A program made the position numbers and the translations under genes. A DNA stretch of 32,000 nucleotides from Candidatus Iainarchaeum sp. (GTDB taxonomy: Archaea; Iainarchaeota; Iainarchaeia; Iainarchaeales; JAZDEL01): the NCBI GenBank assembly GCA_043808785.1, contig JAZDEL010000009.1, positions 1 through 32,000 of the forward strand, in the 5' to 3' direction. Numbering within the stretch: the first letter of the stretch is position 1; every line of letters begins with the position of its first letter. This document shows, piece by piece, positions 8,112 to 17,195 of the stretch. The notes beneath the pieces are model-generated. The model saw only the letters and a list, made by a program, of their open reading frames with translations, did not search any database and was not told the DNA's origin.

Positions 8112-10703
8112 ATGCAAGCCCTTACGGACAAGCAGGTAAAGGCGAAGTTCAGGCCGAAATTCGTGAAAGAATACAAGAAGTTTTACCCCGTGCAGGCTCT
8201 GCACTCACTGGGCTTCGAGAGGCGCGAGTGCATGAAATGCCAGCGCGAATTCTGGAGCACGGATGCGGAAAGGCAGGCCTGCGGCGAGCCCGCGTGCGAG
8301 GGCGGATTTGGTTTTATCGGGAAGACGCCCGCGAAAAAGAAACTGAATTACATAGAGGCGTGGGAGGAGTTCGCGCGCGAGTTCAAAAAAATGGGCTACC
8401 TTGCAGTGCCGCGCAAGCCAGTGGTTGCGCGCTGGCGCAACGACGTGTACTGGACGGGCGCCTCGGTGTACGGGTTCCAGCCGTACGTTGTGAGCGGCGA
8501 AATAGAGCCGCCGAGCAACGCGGTTATAATTCCACAACTCAGTTTGCGTTTCAATGATGTGGATAACGTTGGCATAACAGGCTCGCACTACTCATGCTTC
8601 GACATGCTCGGCCAGCTGCGCTTCGAAAAGAAGGGGGATTACGCGCCCGGCGATTATTTGAAAGATTACCTCTCATGGCTCGAGAAAGGGATGGGAATCC
8701 CGCGCAACGCGCTCGTTCTGCACGAGGATTCCTGGGCGGGAGGGGGAACATTCGGCCCGAGCATGGAATTCTTCAGCGCAGGGCTTGAACTCGGCAACCA
8801 GGTTTACATGCAGTATTCCGCTAACGCGGACGGCGGTTACAGGGAACTCGACATAAAAGTTTTGGATATGGGGCAGGGGCATGAGAGAATACCGTGGTTC
8901 ACGCACGGCAAGAGTACAAGCTACGAAACCACTTTTCCGGACGTCGTGCACTATCTGCGGAAAGTTTCAGACCTGCGCGCCGACGAGGAACTGTTGCAAA
9001 AATTCCTGCCCTATTCCGCGTACCTGAATGTTGACGAGGTTGAAAATATAGCGCGTACATGGGGCTTTGTTGCGGGGAAAATAGGCATTTCTGTTGAGGA
9101 ACTGCGCGCGCGGCTTATGCCCATGCGCGACCTTTACGCGATTGCGGAGCATTCAAGGGCGGTTCTTGCCGCGCTGAACGACGGCGCGATGTTCAGCAAC
9201 ACGGGGGGAGGGTATAACATACGCACGCTTGCAAGGCGCATGTTCTCCCTTGCTGAGGAGCGGCGCTGGGATGTGGATTATTCAAAACTCCTCGAACTGC
9301 ACGCGCACTTCCTGCGCAACCTTTACCCGGAACTCGAGGAAAACCTGAAGGATGTGAATGAAATGCTCGCCTATGAACTGCAGAAGCACGGGCAGACGAG
9401 GTTCAAATCCAAGCAGGTTATCGAGGGGCTGATTGCGAGGAAGGAAAAAATCACGCCCGCGAAACTCGCGGAACTGTACGATTCGCAGGGAATAACGCCC
9501 GAACTCCTGCAGGGCTATGCAAAGGGCACGGAACTCGAGGTAAGCGTGCCCGACAATTTCTTCGCGCTTGTTGCGGAAAGGCACGCGGAAAAAAAGGAAG
9601 GTGCCGGCGAAAGTGATTCGGAGGACAAAAACAAAAAAACAAAAAAACCCGAAATCGCGGGCAAGGTTTTGGAGGGTTTGCCGGAAACCAAAAGGATGTA
9701 TTACGAGGATGCCTCGCTCCTCGAATTCGATGCTAATGTCCTTTACGCGCAGGGAAATGTTGTTGTTCTGGACCGCTCGGCATTTTACCCAACTTCGGGG
9801 GGGCAGGAGCACGACACGGGGGAAATAATGGGGGAGCGCGTGATTGATGTTGTTGCGCAGGGGGAGATGGTTTTGCACATCCTGCAGAACGGCAAAACCA
9901 AAATAAAAACGAAACAGCGGGTTAAGTGCGTGGTTGATGCCGCGCGCAGGAGGCAGTTAACACAGCACCACGACGGCACGCATGTGCTGAATTATGCCTG
10001 CCGCGAGGTTTTGGGCGCGCACTGCTGGCAGCACGGCTCTTATGTTGGCTTGGATAAGGCGAGGTTCGATGTCACGCATTACAGGCCGATAGATGATGCC
10101 GAGGCAAAAAAAATCGAGGAGGTGTGCAGCCGCATAATAAAGGAGCGCCTGCCGATAAAGCACGAGTTCCTTGCGCGCAATTTAGCGGAGGAAAAATACG
10201 GCATGCGCATTTACCAGGGAGGATACGTTCCGGGAAAGGTGCTGCGCATCCTCAGCATTGCGGATTTGGATATCGAGGCATGCGGCGGCACGCACGCAAA
10301 GAACACCGCCGAAATCGGGCAGTTCCGCATTCTCAACACCGCAAAAATCCAGGACGGGGTTATACGCATAACTTTCGTTTGCGGGAAAGCCGCGGAGAAG
10401 AGCGGGAGCGAGGCCGAAGGATTGCTTGCGGAAACCGCCGCAATTTTGGGCATCGAGCCTGCCGCTGTTCCCTCCGCATGCGAAAACCTTTTCGCGGCAT
10501 GGAAAAGGGCGAGGAAACTTGTGAAGGGCAAAAACACGGGAGCGCTTAGGGCGCTCGCGCTTCCGACGCCCGAAAAAAGGCATGGTTTGGGCACGGCAGA
10601 ACTGCTGCAGGCAGCCGCGCTCGCTTTCAGCACGCAGCCCGAGCACGTGCCGAAAACCGCAAAAAGGTTTTTGGGCGACCTGCGAAAGTGGAAGGCGGGG
10701 TGA
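8112..10703 (+). CDS. alaS: Alanyl-tRNA synthetase, archaeal type
   Basis: 863 aa. N-terminal archaeal AlaRS signature (GFERRECMKCQREFWS), class II core, editing domain (HxxxH ...THYRP; CGGTHAKNT). Includes a Lys-rich linker insert. Confidence 0.95.
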   Translation: MQALTDKQVKAKFRPKFVKEYKKFYPVQALHSLGFERRECMKCQREFWSTDAERQACGEPACEGGFGFIGKTPAKKKLNYIEAWEEFAREFKKMGYLAVPRKPVVARWRNDVYWTGASVYGFQPYVVSGEIEPPSNAVIIPQLSLRFNDVDNVGITGSHYSCFDMLGQLRFEKKGDYAPGDYLKDYLSWLEKGMGIPRNALVLHEDSWAGGGTFGPSMEFFSAGLELGNQVYMQYSANADGGYRELDIKVLDMGQGHERIPWFTHGKSTSYETTFPDVVHYLRKVSDLRADEELLQKFLPYSAYLNVDEVENIARTWGFVAGKIGISVEELRARLMPMRDLYAIAEHSRAVLAALNDGAMFSNTGGGYNIRTLARRMFSLAEERRWDVDYSKLLELHAHFLRNLYPELEENLKDVNEMLAYELQKHGQTRFKSKQVIEGLIARKEKITPAKLAELYDSQGITPELLQGYAKGTELEVSVPDNFFALVAERHAEKKEGAGESDSEDKNKKTKKPEIAGKVLEGLPETKRMYYEDASLLEFDANVLYAQGNVVVLDRSAFYPTSGGQEHDTGEIMGERVIDVVAQGEMVLHILQNGKTKIKTKQRVKCVVDAARRRQLTQHHDGTHVLNYACREVLGAHCWQHGSYVGLDKARFDVTHYRPIDDAEAKKIEEVCSRIIKERLPIKHEFLARNLAEEKYGMRIYQGGYVPGKVLRILSIADLDIEACGGTHAKNTAEIGQFRILNTAKIQDGVIRITFVCGKAAEKSGSEAEGLLAETAAILGIEPAAVPSACENLFAAWKRARKLVKGKNTGALRALALPTPEKRHGLGTAELLQAAALAFSTQPEHVPKTAKRFLGDLRKWKAG

Positions 10704-11371
10704 GCGCGTGGGAGTGCGCCGCGGAAACCGCGGAAAACCCGGAAACGTTGCGGGGTGTTGATTTGGGCATCTTCGGCGGAAAGCCCATACTCACAAAGAA
10801 GCGCGAGAAGGCGCTGGACGATTTCCGCGCGAACGCGGTTGCCGCGCTCGGGGAACTGAGGCGCGGGACAAAGGACGCGAATGTCCGCGAACTTTACGAC
10901 AGCATGATTTACAACATCGGAAGCACGCCCGTTGTATTCCACCCCCTGCGCAACCTGCGGGAAATGATTTACCGCGTGGGGAACATGGTTTTCGGCTCCG
11001 TTACGAAGGGCGAGAGCGTGGAGAGGATTGCGGTTGTGCAGAAGGGCGGCAGCAGCTATATTGTAAGGCGGCATTACATAAACATGCCCGCGGAGCACAT
11101 GTTTAGCGGAGACCGCCTGACAATCGACGGCATCTTCACGCTTGCGCACGAATATGCGCACTTCGGCAAGCCGCTGATTGCGGAGTTTGCCGCATCCCTG
11201 CGCATAACGCCCGATGTTGCCGAGGAACTGCTTGCCGACACGCTCTCGGCAAAACTCGCGGCAAGGATGGGTTTCCCGAAAAGCGAGGTTCTTGCGCACT
11301 TCGAGGGCAGGGATGTTGTTTATGGCCCATTCCCCTTCAGGAAATACCTCGCGCGCGCAATAGGTTTTTAA
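10688..11371 (+). CDS. HExxH-motif protein, putative Zn-metallopeptidase-like (hypothetical)
   Basis: 227-aa ORF whose GTG start overlaps the alaS stop by 16 nt; the start is uncertain. Contains FTLAHEYAHFG. The composition is protein-like, unlike the Arg-rich antisense ORF 10211..11299. Confidence 0.55.
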   Translation: MEGGVSAWECAAETAENPETLRGVDLGIFGGKPILTKKREKALDDFRANAVAALGELRRGTKDANVRELYDSMIYNIGSTPVVFHPLRNLREMIYRVGNMVFGSVTKGESVERIAVVQKGGSSYIVRRHYINMPAEHMFSGDRLTIDGIFTLAHEYAHFGKPLIAEFAASLRITPDVAEELLADTLSAKLAARMGFPKSEVLAHFEGRDVVYGPFPFRKYLARAIGF

Positions 11372-11400
11372 GGAATGTACACCATAAATCCTTTTTTAAG

Positions 11401-12552
11401 ATGCCGCATTTTAACGTGCAGAAAGCAAGGCTGGTTCTCGGGGACGGTTCCTCTTTTTCGGGCATTTCGTTCGGTGCAAATGCTTCTTCCGCGGGCGAGG
11501 TTGTATTCAACACGGGCATGTGCGGATATGAGGATTCGCTTTCAGACCCCTCATATTCGGGGCAGATACTGGTTTTCACATACCCCTTGATAGGTAACTA
11601 CGGGGTAAGGGCGGAGGCACAGGGAAAGTTTGAAATGCGCCTTGCGGGAAAGGGGAACGGCGGCTTCCCGCCATACAAGCTCGACAGGAAATTCTTCATA
11701 AATAATTTCGAGTCCGAGCGCGTGCAGGCTGCGGGGGTTATAGTGGCGTCATATTCTGGCGCCTTTTCGCACCACTCCGCTGAAAAATCCCTCGGCGCGT
11801 GGCTTGAACAGCACGGCGTTCCCGCGATAACCGGCATAGACACGCGCGCGCTGACAAAAAGATTGCGCGAGTGCGGAACGATGCCGGGAAAAATTGAAAT
11901 AGAGGGCGTAAGTGATGTGCGGATATGTGACCCGAATAAAACCAACCTTGTCGCGGGGGTCGGCATAAAGGAGCCAGTGGTTTACGAGAGCGGGAAGCGC
12001 AGCCCCGCGCATGTTGTTGTCGCGGACTGCGGCGTTAAGAACAACATCCTGCGCATGCTGCTTGCCAGAAATCTCAAAGTTACGCGCGTGCCGTGGAATT
12101 ACGATTTCAATTCAATCGAATGCGATGCAATCGTGCTCTCGAACGGTCCGGGCGACCCAAAGATGCTTAATGAAACAATCTCTCACGTGCGCGCCGCGCT
12201 TGCAAAGGAAACCCCGATTTTCGGAATCTGCCTCGGCAACCAGCTGCTTGCGCTTGCAGCGGGCGCGGACACATATAAACTCAAATACGGCCACAGGTCG
12301 CAGAACCAGCCCGTACTTTTGCGGGGCACAAAGAAATGCTTCATAACCTCCCAGAACCACGGTTACGCGGTTAATGAAAAAACCCTGCCCGCGGGCTGGG
12401 AATCATGGTTCACAAATCTGAATGACGGAACGAACGAGGGCATAAGGCACGCCAAAAAGCCCTTCATGTCGGTTCAGTTCCATCCCGAAGCAACTCCCGG
12501 GCCTGTGGATACGGCGTTCCTTTTCGGCGAATTTTTGGGGGCTTTGAAATGA
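11401..12552 (+). CDS. carA: Carbamoyl-phosphate synthase small (glutaminase) subunit
   Basis: 383 aa. Class I amidotransferase triad context (GICLGNQLL, QNHGYAV, SVQFHPEA). Confidence 0.95.
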   Translation: MPHFNVQKARLVLGDGSSFSGISFGANASSAGEVVFNTGMCGYEDSLSDPSYSGQILVFTYPLIGNYGVRAEAQGKFEMRLAGKGNGGFPPYKLDRKFFINNFESERVQAAGVIVASYSGAFSHHSAEKSLGAWLEQHGVPAITGIDTRALTKRLRECGTMPGKIEIEGVSDVRICDPNKTNLVAGVGIKEPVVYESGKRSPAHVVVADCGVKNNILRMLLARNLKVTRVPWNYDFNSIECDAIVLSNGPGDPKMLNETISHVRAALAKETPIFGICLGNQLLALAAGADTYKLKYGHRSQNQPVLLRGTKKCFITSQNHGYAVNEKTLPAGWESWFTNLNDGTNEGIRHAKKPFMSVQFHPEATPGPVDTAFLFGEFLGALK

Positions 12553-13781
12553 GTTTCGCACAGGAAATGTACCCTCTCCCGAAACTATTTAAGCGCGGGC
12601 TGAACTTAATATTCATGGTGCCGCATTTGGATGCCGTAAAATCCGTTCATTTCTGGGATTTGCCCGAAACAACGAGGTTCGTTTTGGACCGAAATTTTTG
12701 TGCCGAACTTTTTGATAAGGCGGCCGGGGGAAGCCTCCGCTCGCTGGCTTCAAAATTGGGCGTTTCTTACCCGCGCGCCTGCCATCTGAGGCGGCCTTTG
12801 TATTCAATCCCTAAAGGCGTCCTGATGTGCCTGATAATTTTGAGTGCCATTGAAAAGGCGGATGTCGAAAATAAAATTATTGAAATAAAAACCCGCTCAG
12901 GAGGCGGTTCCAAAGTTAAATTTCCCATTAACGGCAACAGGGCAATAGCCTCGCTTGTAGGGCACGTTTTCGGTGATGGGTGCATTTATTCGAAAAAACG
13001 GCAGTTCGAATACGGCAATACCAAACCCGAACTTCTGGAATCCGTAATGAAATTGGTCGGCGATGTTTTGTGTGCGGAGCCAATAAGGATTGCCGAAACA
13101 AGGCTTGTTTATTCGGCAATTGTGGGGGATATTTTGCTGTTGTTTGGCGCACCGAAAGCGCCTAAACTGAATTCAGATTCTCCCGTGCCGGAATGGATTA
13201 TGGCCGGCCCGAATGAATTCAAGGCGGCATTTCTCGGGGCTTTGTTTGACGATGACGGTTCAGTTATGTATTCGGAAAAATATGCCGCAAAAGGCATTAA
13301 CCTGTACCAAACAAGGCACGAAAAAAATCTGGATTGCTTGATGCGCCTGATGAGCCAGGTAAAAACTATGCTGTCTGATTTCGGCATACTTGCGGGCAAG
13401 CCTTCCGTAAGCAGGAGTTATTCCAAGCCGGATGGCGCCCATATTGTCGCATATCTGAACGTTACCGACATTGAAAGCATGCGGAAATTTAATGAATCGA
13501 TAGGGTTTGCCCACATTGAAAAAAAAGTGAAATTGGAAAAGATTCTCTCCAGAAAAATAATTTACAGCAAAACCCGCGAAGCCGTGCTGTCGAAAGAAAT
13601 CCTCGGATTTTTGGCGGTGCGCGGGGCATCAACCGCAAAAGTTTCGGAGGCCCTGTCACTCGATAAATCCAAGGCTTTAAAGAAACTTCTCAGGCTTGAA
13701 TCAAGAGGGCTTGTCAGGAGGGCGGGAAGGGCCGCCCCGAACAGGTCTTTTATCTGGCAAACGAGGGAGGTGACATGCTGA
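12549..13781 (+). CDS. Free-standing double-motif LAGLIDADG homing-endonuclease-like protein with an N-terminal HTH-like segment and a C-terminal wHTH
   Basis: 410 aa. Motif 1 is LVGHVFGDG (aa 136-144, nt 12954-12980). Motif 2 is LGALFDDDG (aa 229-237, nt 13233-13259). They are about 93 aa apart and both keep the acidic residue before the final Gly. The C-terminal STAKVSEALSLDKSKALKKLLRLESRGLVRR is wHTH-like. The ATG overlaps the carA stop (ATGA). The stop lies 1 nt before the carB TTG start. Confidence 0.8.
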   Translation: MSFAQEMYPLPKLFKRGLNLIFMVPHLDAVKSVHFWDLPETTRFVLDRNFCAELFDKAAGGSLRSLASKLGVSYPRACHLRRPLYSIPKGVLMCLIILSAIEKADVENKIIEIKTRSGGGSKVKFPINGNRAIASLVGHVFGDGCIYSKKRQFEYGNTKPELLESVMKLVGDVLCAEPIRIAETRLVYSAIVGDILLLFGAPKAPKLNSDSPVPEWIMAGPNEFKAAFLGALFDDDGSVMYSEKYAAKGINLYQTRHEKNLDCLMRLMSQVKTMLSDFGILAGKPSVSRSYSKPDGAHIVAYLNVTDIESMRKFNESIGFAHIEKKVKLEKILSRKIIYSKTREAVLSKEILGFLAVRGASTAKVSEALSLDKSKALKKLLRLESRGLVRRAGRAAPNRSFIWQTREVTC

Positions 13782-13782
13782 T

Positions 13783-16700
13783 TTGAAAACAAAAAACCAC
13801 CCAAAGCCGAAGAAGGTTCTCGTGCTGGGTTCGGGCGGGCTGCAGATAGGGCAGGCAGGCGAAAGCAACTTGTGGTTTCATTGAAACTATAATTGCCGCC
13901 AATTCGACTACTCAGGCAGCCAGGCGATAAAGGCGCTGCGCGAGGAGGGCATAAGCACCGTGCTCATCAACCCCAACATCGCCACAGTGCAGACAGGGAA
14001 GGGGTTCGCAGATAAGGTTTATTTCCTCCCCCTTACGCCCGAATTTGTCGAAAGGGTGATTGCTCGGGAGAAGCCTGGCGGCATACTACTCTCCTTCGGC
14101 GGGCAAACCGCATTGAACTGCGGCCTCGAACTCGAACGCAGGGGCGTTCTGCGCAGGCACGGGGTAAGGGTATTAGGCACGCCTGTGAAGGCAATTGCAC
14201 TCACGGAGGACAGGGAAAAATTCAACAGCGAACTCGGGAGGATAGGGGTTAAGGTGCCGAGCAGCAGCGCTGTAACCACTGTGCCCTCGGCCCTTAGCGC
14301 GGCGGAAAAATTGGGCTACCCCGTGATTGTTCGCGCCGCATTCGCATTGGGGGGCAGGGGTTCGGGTTTTGCGAAAAACAGGGAGGAATTAAGGGGCATC
14401 GCGGGGCGCGCGTTCACGCACTCGAAGCAGATTCTTGTGGAGGAATGCCTGAAGGGCTGGAAGGAAATCGAATACGAGGTTGTGAGGGATGTGCACGGCA
14501 ACTGCATAACAGTTTGCAACATGGAGAACTTCGACCCTTTGGGAATACATACGGGGGAGAGCATTGTTGTTGCTCCCTCGCAGACGCTGAACAACAGCGA
14601 ATACCACATGCTGCGTGAAATCTCGATACGCACGATAAGGCATTTCGGAATAATCGGGGAATGCAACATACAGTTCGCTTTGGACCCGAAAAGCGAGGAA
14701 TACAGGGTTATCGAGGTTAACGCGCGCCTCTCGCGCTCGAGCGCGCTCGCTTCAAAAGCCACTGGTTATCCGCTCGCGTTCGTTGCCGCAAAACTCGCGC
14801 TCGGCTATTCCCTTGCCGAACTTGAAAACAAGGTCACAAGGACAACGAAGGCATGCTTCGAGCCCGCGCTGGATTATATTGTCGTGAAAATTCCCCGCTG
14901 GGATTTGCAGAAGTTCAGGCGCGTTTCAAGGCGCATAGGCACCGAGATGAAGAGCATGGGGGAAGTGATGGCGATAGGCAGGACTTTCGAGGAGGCGATG
15001 CAAAAAGCCATAAGGATGCTTAACACAGGCATGAACGGCCTTGTGTGCAACAGCGTGCATTTCCTGAAACTGCGCAGGAGCATTGCCCACCCCACTGATA
15101 AGAGGATTTTCGCGGTTATAGAGTCTCTTGAGAAGGGTTACGGCATCGACAGGATACACGCGCTGAGCGGCATTGACAGATGGTTCCTCCAGCGCCTTGA
15201 GAATGTGGTTGCGCTGAAGAAGGAAATGGTTAAGGGAAACTGGACAGCGCAGGCAATTCCCGCCGAAGTGCTGCTGCGCTGCAAACAGCAGGGGTTTTCG
15301 GATAAGCAGATTGCAATTTTGCTCCGTGGCGGCGGGGATGCGGGGGCGGGCGCAGACGGCGCGAAAATGCGCGGCTCGCCGGGCGGGGCGCAGGAGGCCG
15401 CGGTGCGCGCGAGAAGGCACGCCCTCGGCCTGCATCCTTTCGCAAGGCAGATAGACACGCTTGCAGCGGAATTCCCGGCGCGCACGAATTACCTTTACCT
15501 CACTTACAACGCAACCGAGGATGATGTAAAATTCCCGCGCGGGAAGAAGGCGCTTGTGCTCGGCAGCGGCGCATACAGCATAGGCTCCAGCGTCGAGTTC
15601 GACTGGTGCTGTGTCGGCGCTGTTAACGCGCTCAAGCGCGCAGGGTTCGGCACGATAATGCTCAACTGCAACCCTGAAACCGTCTCAACGGATTATGATG
15701 TGTGCGACAGGCTCTATTTCGAGGAAATCAGCCTTGAGGCAGTTCTTGAAATTTACGGAAAGGAAAAGCCGCGGGGGGTTGTTGTTTCAGCAGGCGGGCA
15801 GATACCTAACGGCCTTGTGCCGAAGCTCGCGCCCGCGGGAGTAAAAATTTTCGGAACGCCCGCGGAAAGCATAGACCGCGCGGAGGATAGGCATAAGTTT
15901 TCCGCCCTTCTCGATTCCCTTGGGATTGCCCAGCCGGAATGGCGCCAACTCACAACGGAAAAGCAGGCGCTTGAATTTGCAGCGCGCGTTAACTATCCGG
16001 TGCTTGTAAGGCCGAGTTACGTGCTCAGCGGTTCCGCAATGCGCGTTGCTTTCTCCCCCGCGGAACTCTCCTCATACCTGCGGGAAGCCACTTCGGTTTC
16101 TGCCGAGTACCCTGTTGTGATAAGCAAGTTCATCCTCGGCGCAAGGGAGGTTGAAATTGATGCTGTTGCCTCGAAGGGGGAAATGGCGGTTTGGGCGATA
16201 ACCGAGCACGTGGAGAACGCGGGCGTTCACTCAGGGGATGCCACTATGGTTCTCCCTCCCCAGCGCACAAACCTCGAAACCGTGCGCAGGATAAAGCATA
16301 TTGCGAGGCGGCTTGCCTCCTCGCTCCGCATTTCAGGGCCTTTCAATATGCAGTTCCTTGCAAAGGACAACAATGTGCTCGTGATAGAGATGAACCTGCG
16401 CGCCTCGCGCTCGTTCCCGTTTGTTTCGAAGGTTTCCGGCACGGACTTTATCGATGCCGCGGTTTCGGCAATGCTCGGCGCGAAAGCGAAGCACGCAAAT
16501 TCCTCCTCACTCGGGCCTGGCAAGGCGCCGCACACCAACTCATCCTCACTCGAGCTCGACCATGTGGGCGTGAAAGTTCCGCAGTTCTCCTTCTCAAGGC
16601 TGCACGGCGCAGACCCTAAACTCGGGGTTGAAATGGCTTCCACGGGAGAAGTTGCGTGCATAGGCCCTGATTTGGAGGATGCGTTCCTCAAGGCAATGCT

Positions 16701-17130
16701 TTCAGCGGGCTACTCGATGCCCAAAAAGAACATGCTTGTCAGCATTTCAGGGGACAGGAACAGGGAAAAACTGCTTGACGCGGTGAAGGCAGCGGCAGTT
16801 GCAATGCGCCTTAACATATTCGCGACGGAAAATACCGCGCGCTTCCTGCGCGCGAACGGCGTGAAATGCAGGCGCCTGTTCAAGGCTCACGAAAACAAGA
16901 AGCCGAATGTGCTCGGCTACCTGCACAGCGGCAGGCTTGATTTCGCGATATGCGTCCCCGACCCGCAGGTTGCCGCGGAAATGGGCGGCGCATACCTCCT
17001 CAGGCGCGCTGCCGTCGATTATTCAGTCCCCCTTATAACTGATGCCGAGGTCGCAAGGCAGTTCCTGAAGGCGATTTCCGCAAAGAAGCCCGAGGAGCTT
17101 GACATAAGGCCGTGGCAGGAGTATTTCTGA
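13783..17130 (+). CDS. carB: Carbamoyl-phosphate synthase large subunit, interrupted. Exon 1 is 13783..13863 and exon 2 is 13903..17130; the 39-nt insert 13864..13902 must be removed.
   Basis: TTG 13783 is preceded by a strong SD gggaggtga (13765-13773). Exon 1 encodes (M)KTKNHPKPKKVLVLGSGGLQIGQAGE and exon 2 starts FDYSGSQAIKALREEG.... Joined, they rebuild the conserved CarB N-terminus. The track ORF (13960..17130) is an N-terminally truncated call. Both ATP-grasp halves and the MGS-like C-terminus are present. Confidence 0.85.
13864..13902 (+). other. 39-nt intervening sequence in carB with an in-frame TGA and a BHB/BHL-like fold; candidate mRNA mini-intron
   Basis: Sequence agcaacttgtggtttcattgaaactataattgccgccaa, with TGA at 13882-13884. 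Fold: GGCG (13858-61) : CGCC (13897-900), AAA bulge (13862-64), GCAA : TTGC (13865-68 / 13893-96), then a 10-bp stem 13870-79 : 13883-92. Equivalent boundaries are 13862..13900 and 13863..13901. Confidence 0.5.
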
Positions 17131-17195
17131 GGGTTTAATGCACAATACGTTGGAATAAAAACCTTTTTCCAGTGAAATTTAGTGTCGTGGTTTCC

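Noticed and set aside
9618-9652. A-rich run (aaaaacaaaaaaacaaaaaaaccc) that looks like the terminator motif on the opposite strand
   Set aside because: It lies inside the intact alaS frame, where it encodes a Lys-rich linker (DKNKKTKKPE). It is most simply a coding low-complexity insert.
10211-11299. 362-aa minus-strand ORF
   Set aside because: It overlaps the alaS 3' end and the HExxH ORF in antisense, and its Arg/Ala-rich composition is typical of shadow frames.
12549-13781. Intein interpretation of the LAGLIDADG ORF
   Set aside because: The ORF has its own ATG and stop and is in a different frame from carA and carB. It is not embedded in a host protein, and there are no in-frame extein junctions.
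13864-13902. UGA recoding (Sec, Trp or Gly), which would make the carB insert a translated 13-aa insertion
   Set aside because: TGA is used as the ordinary stop for neighbouring genes (alaS, carA, the LAGLIDADG ORF, purF, tdh). A 13-aa insertion would also split the invariant GQAxEFDYSG nucleotide-binding motif.
13858-13905. Ribosomal bypassing or hopping over the 39 nt, as in T4 gene 60
   Set aside because: Bypassing needs matched take-off and landing codons. Here the codon before the gap is GAA and the codon ending the gap is CAA, and no matching pair flanks the gap. The BHB-like geometry explains the structure better.
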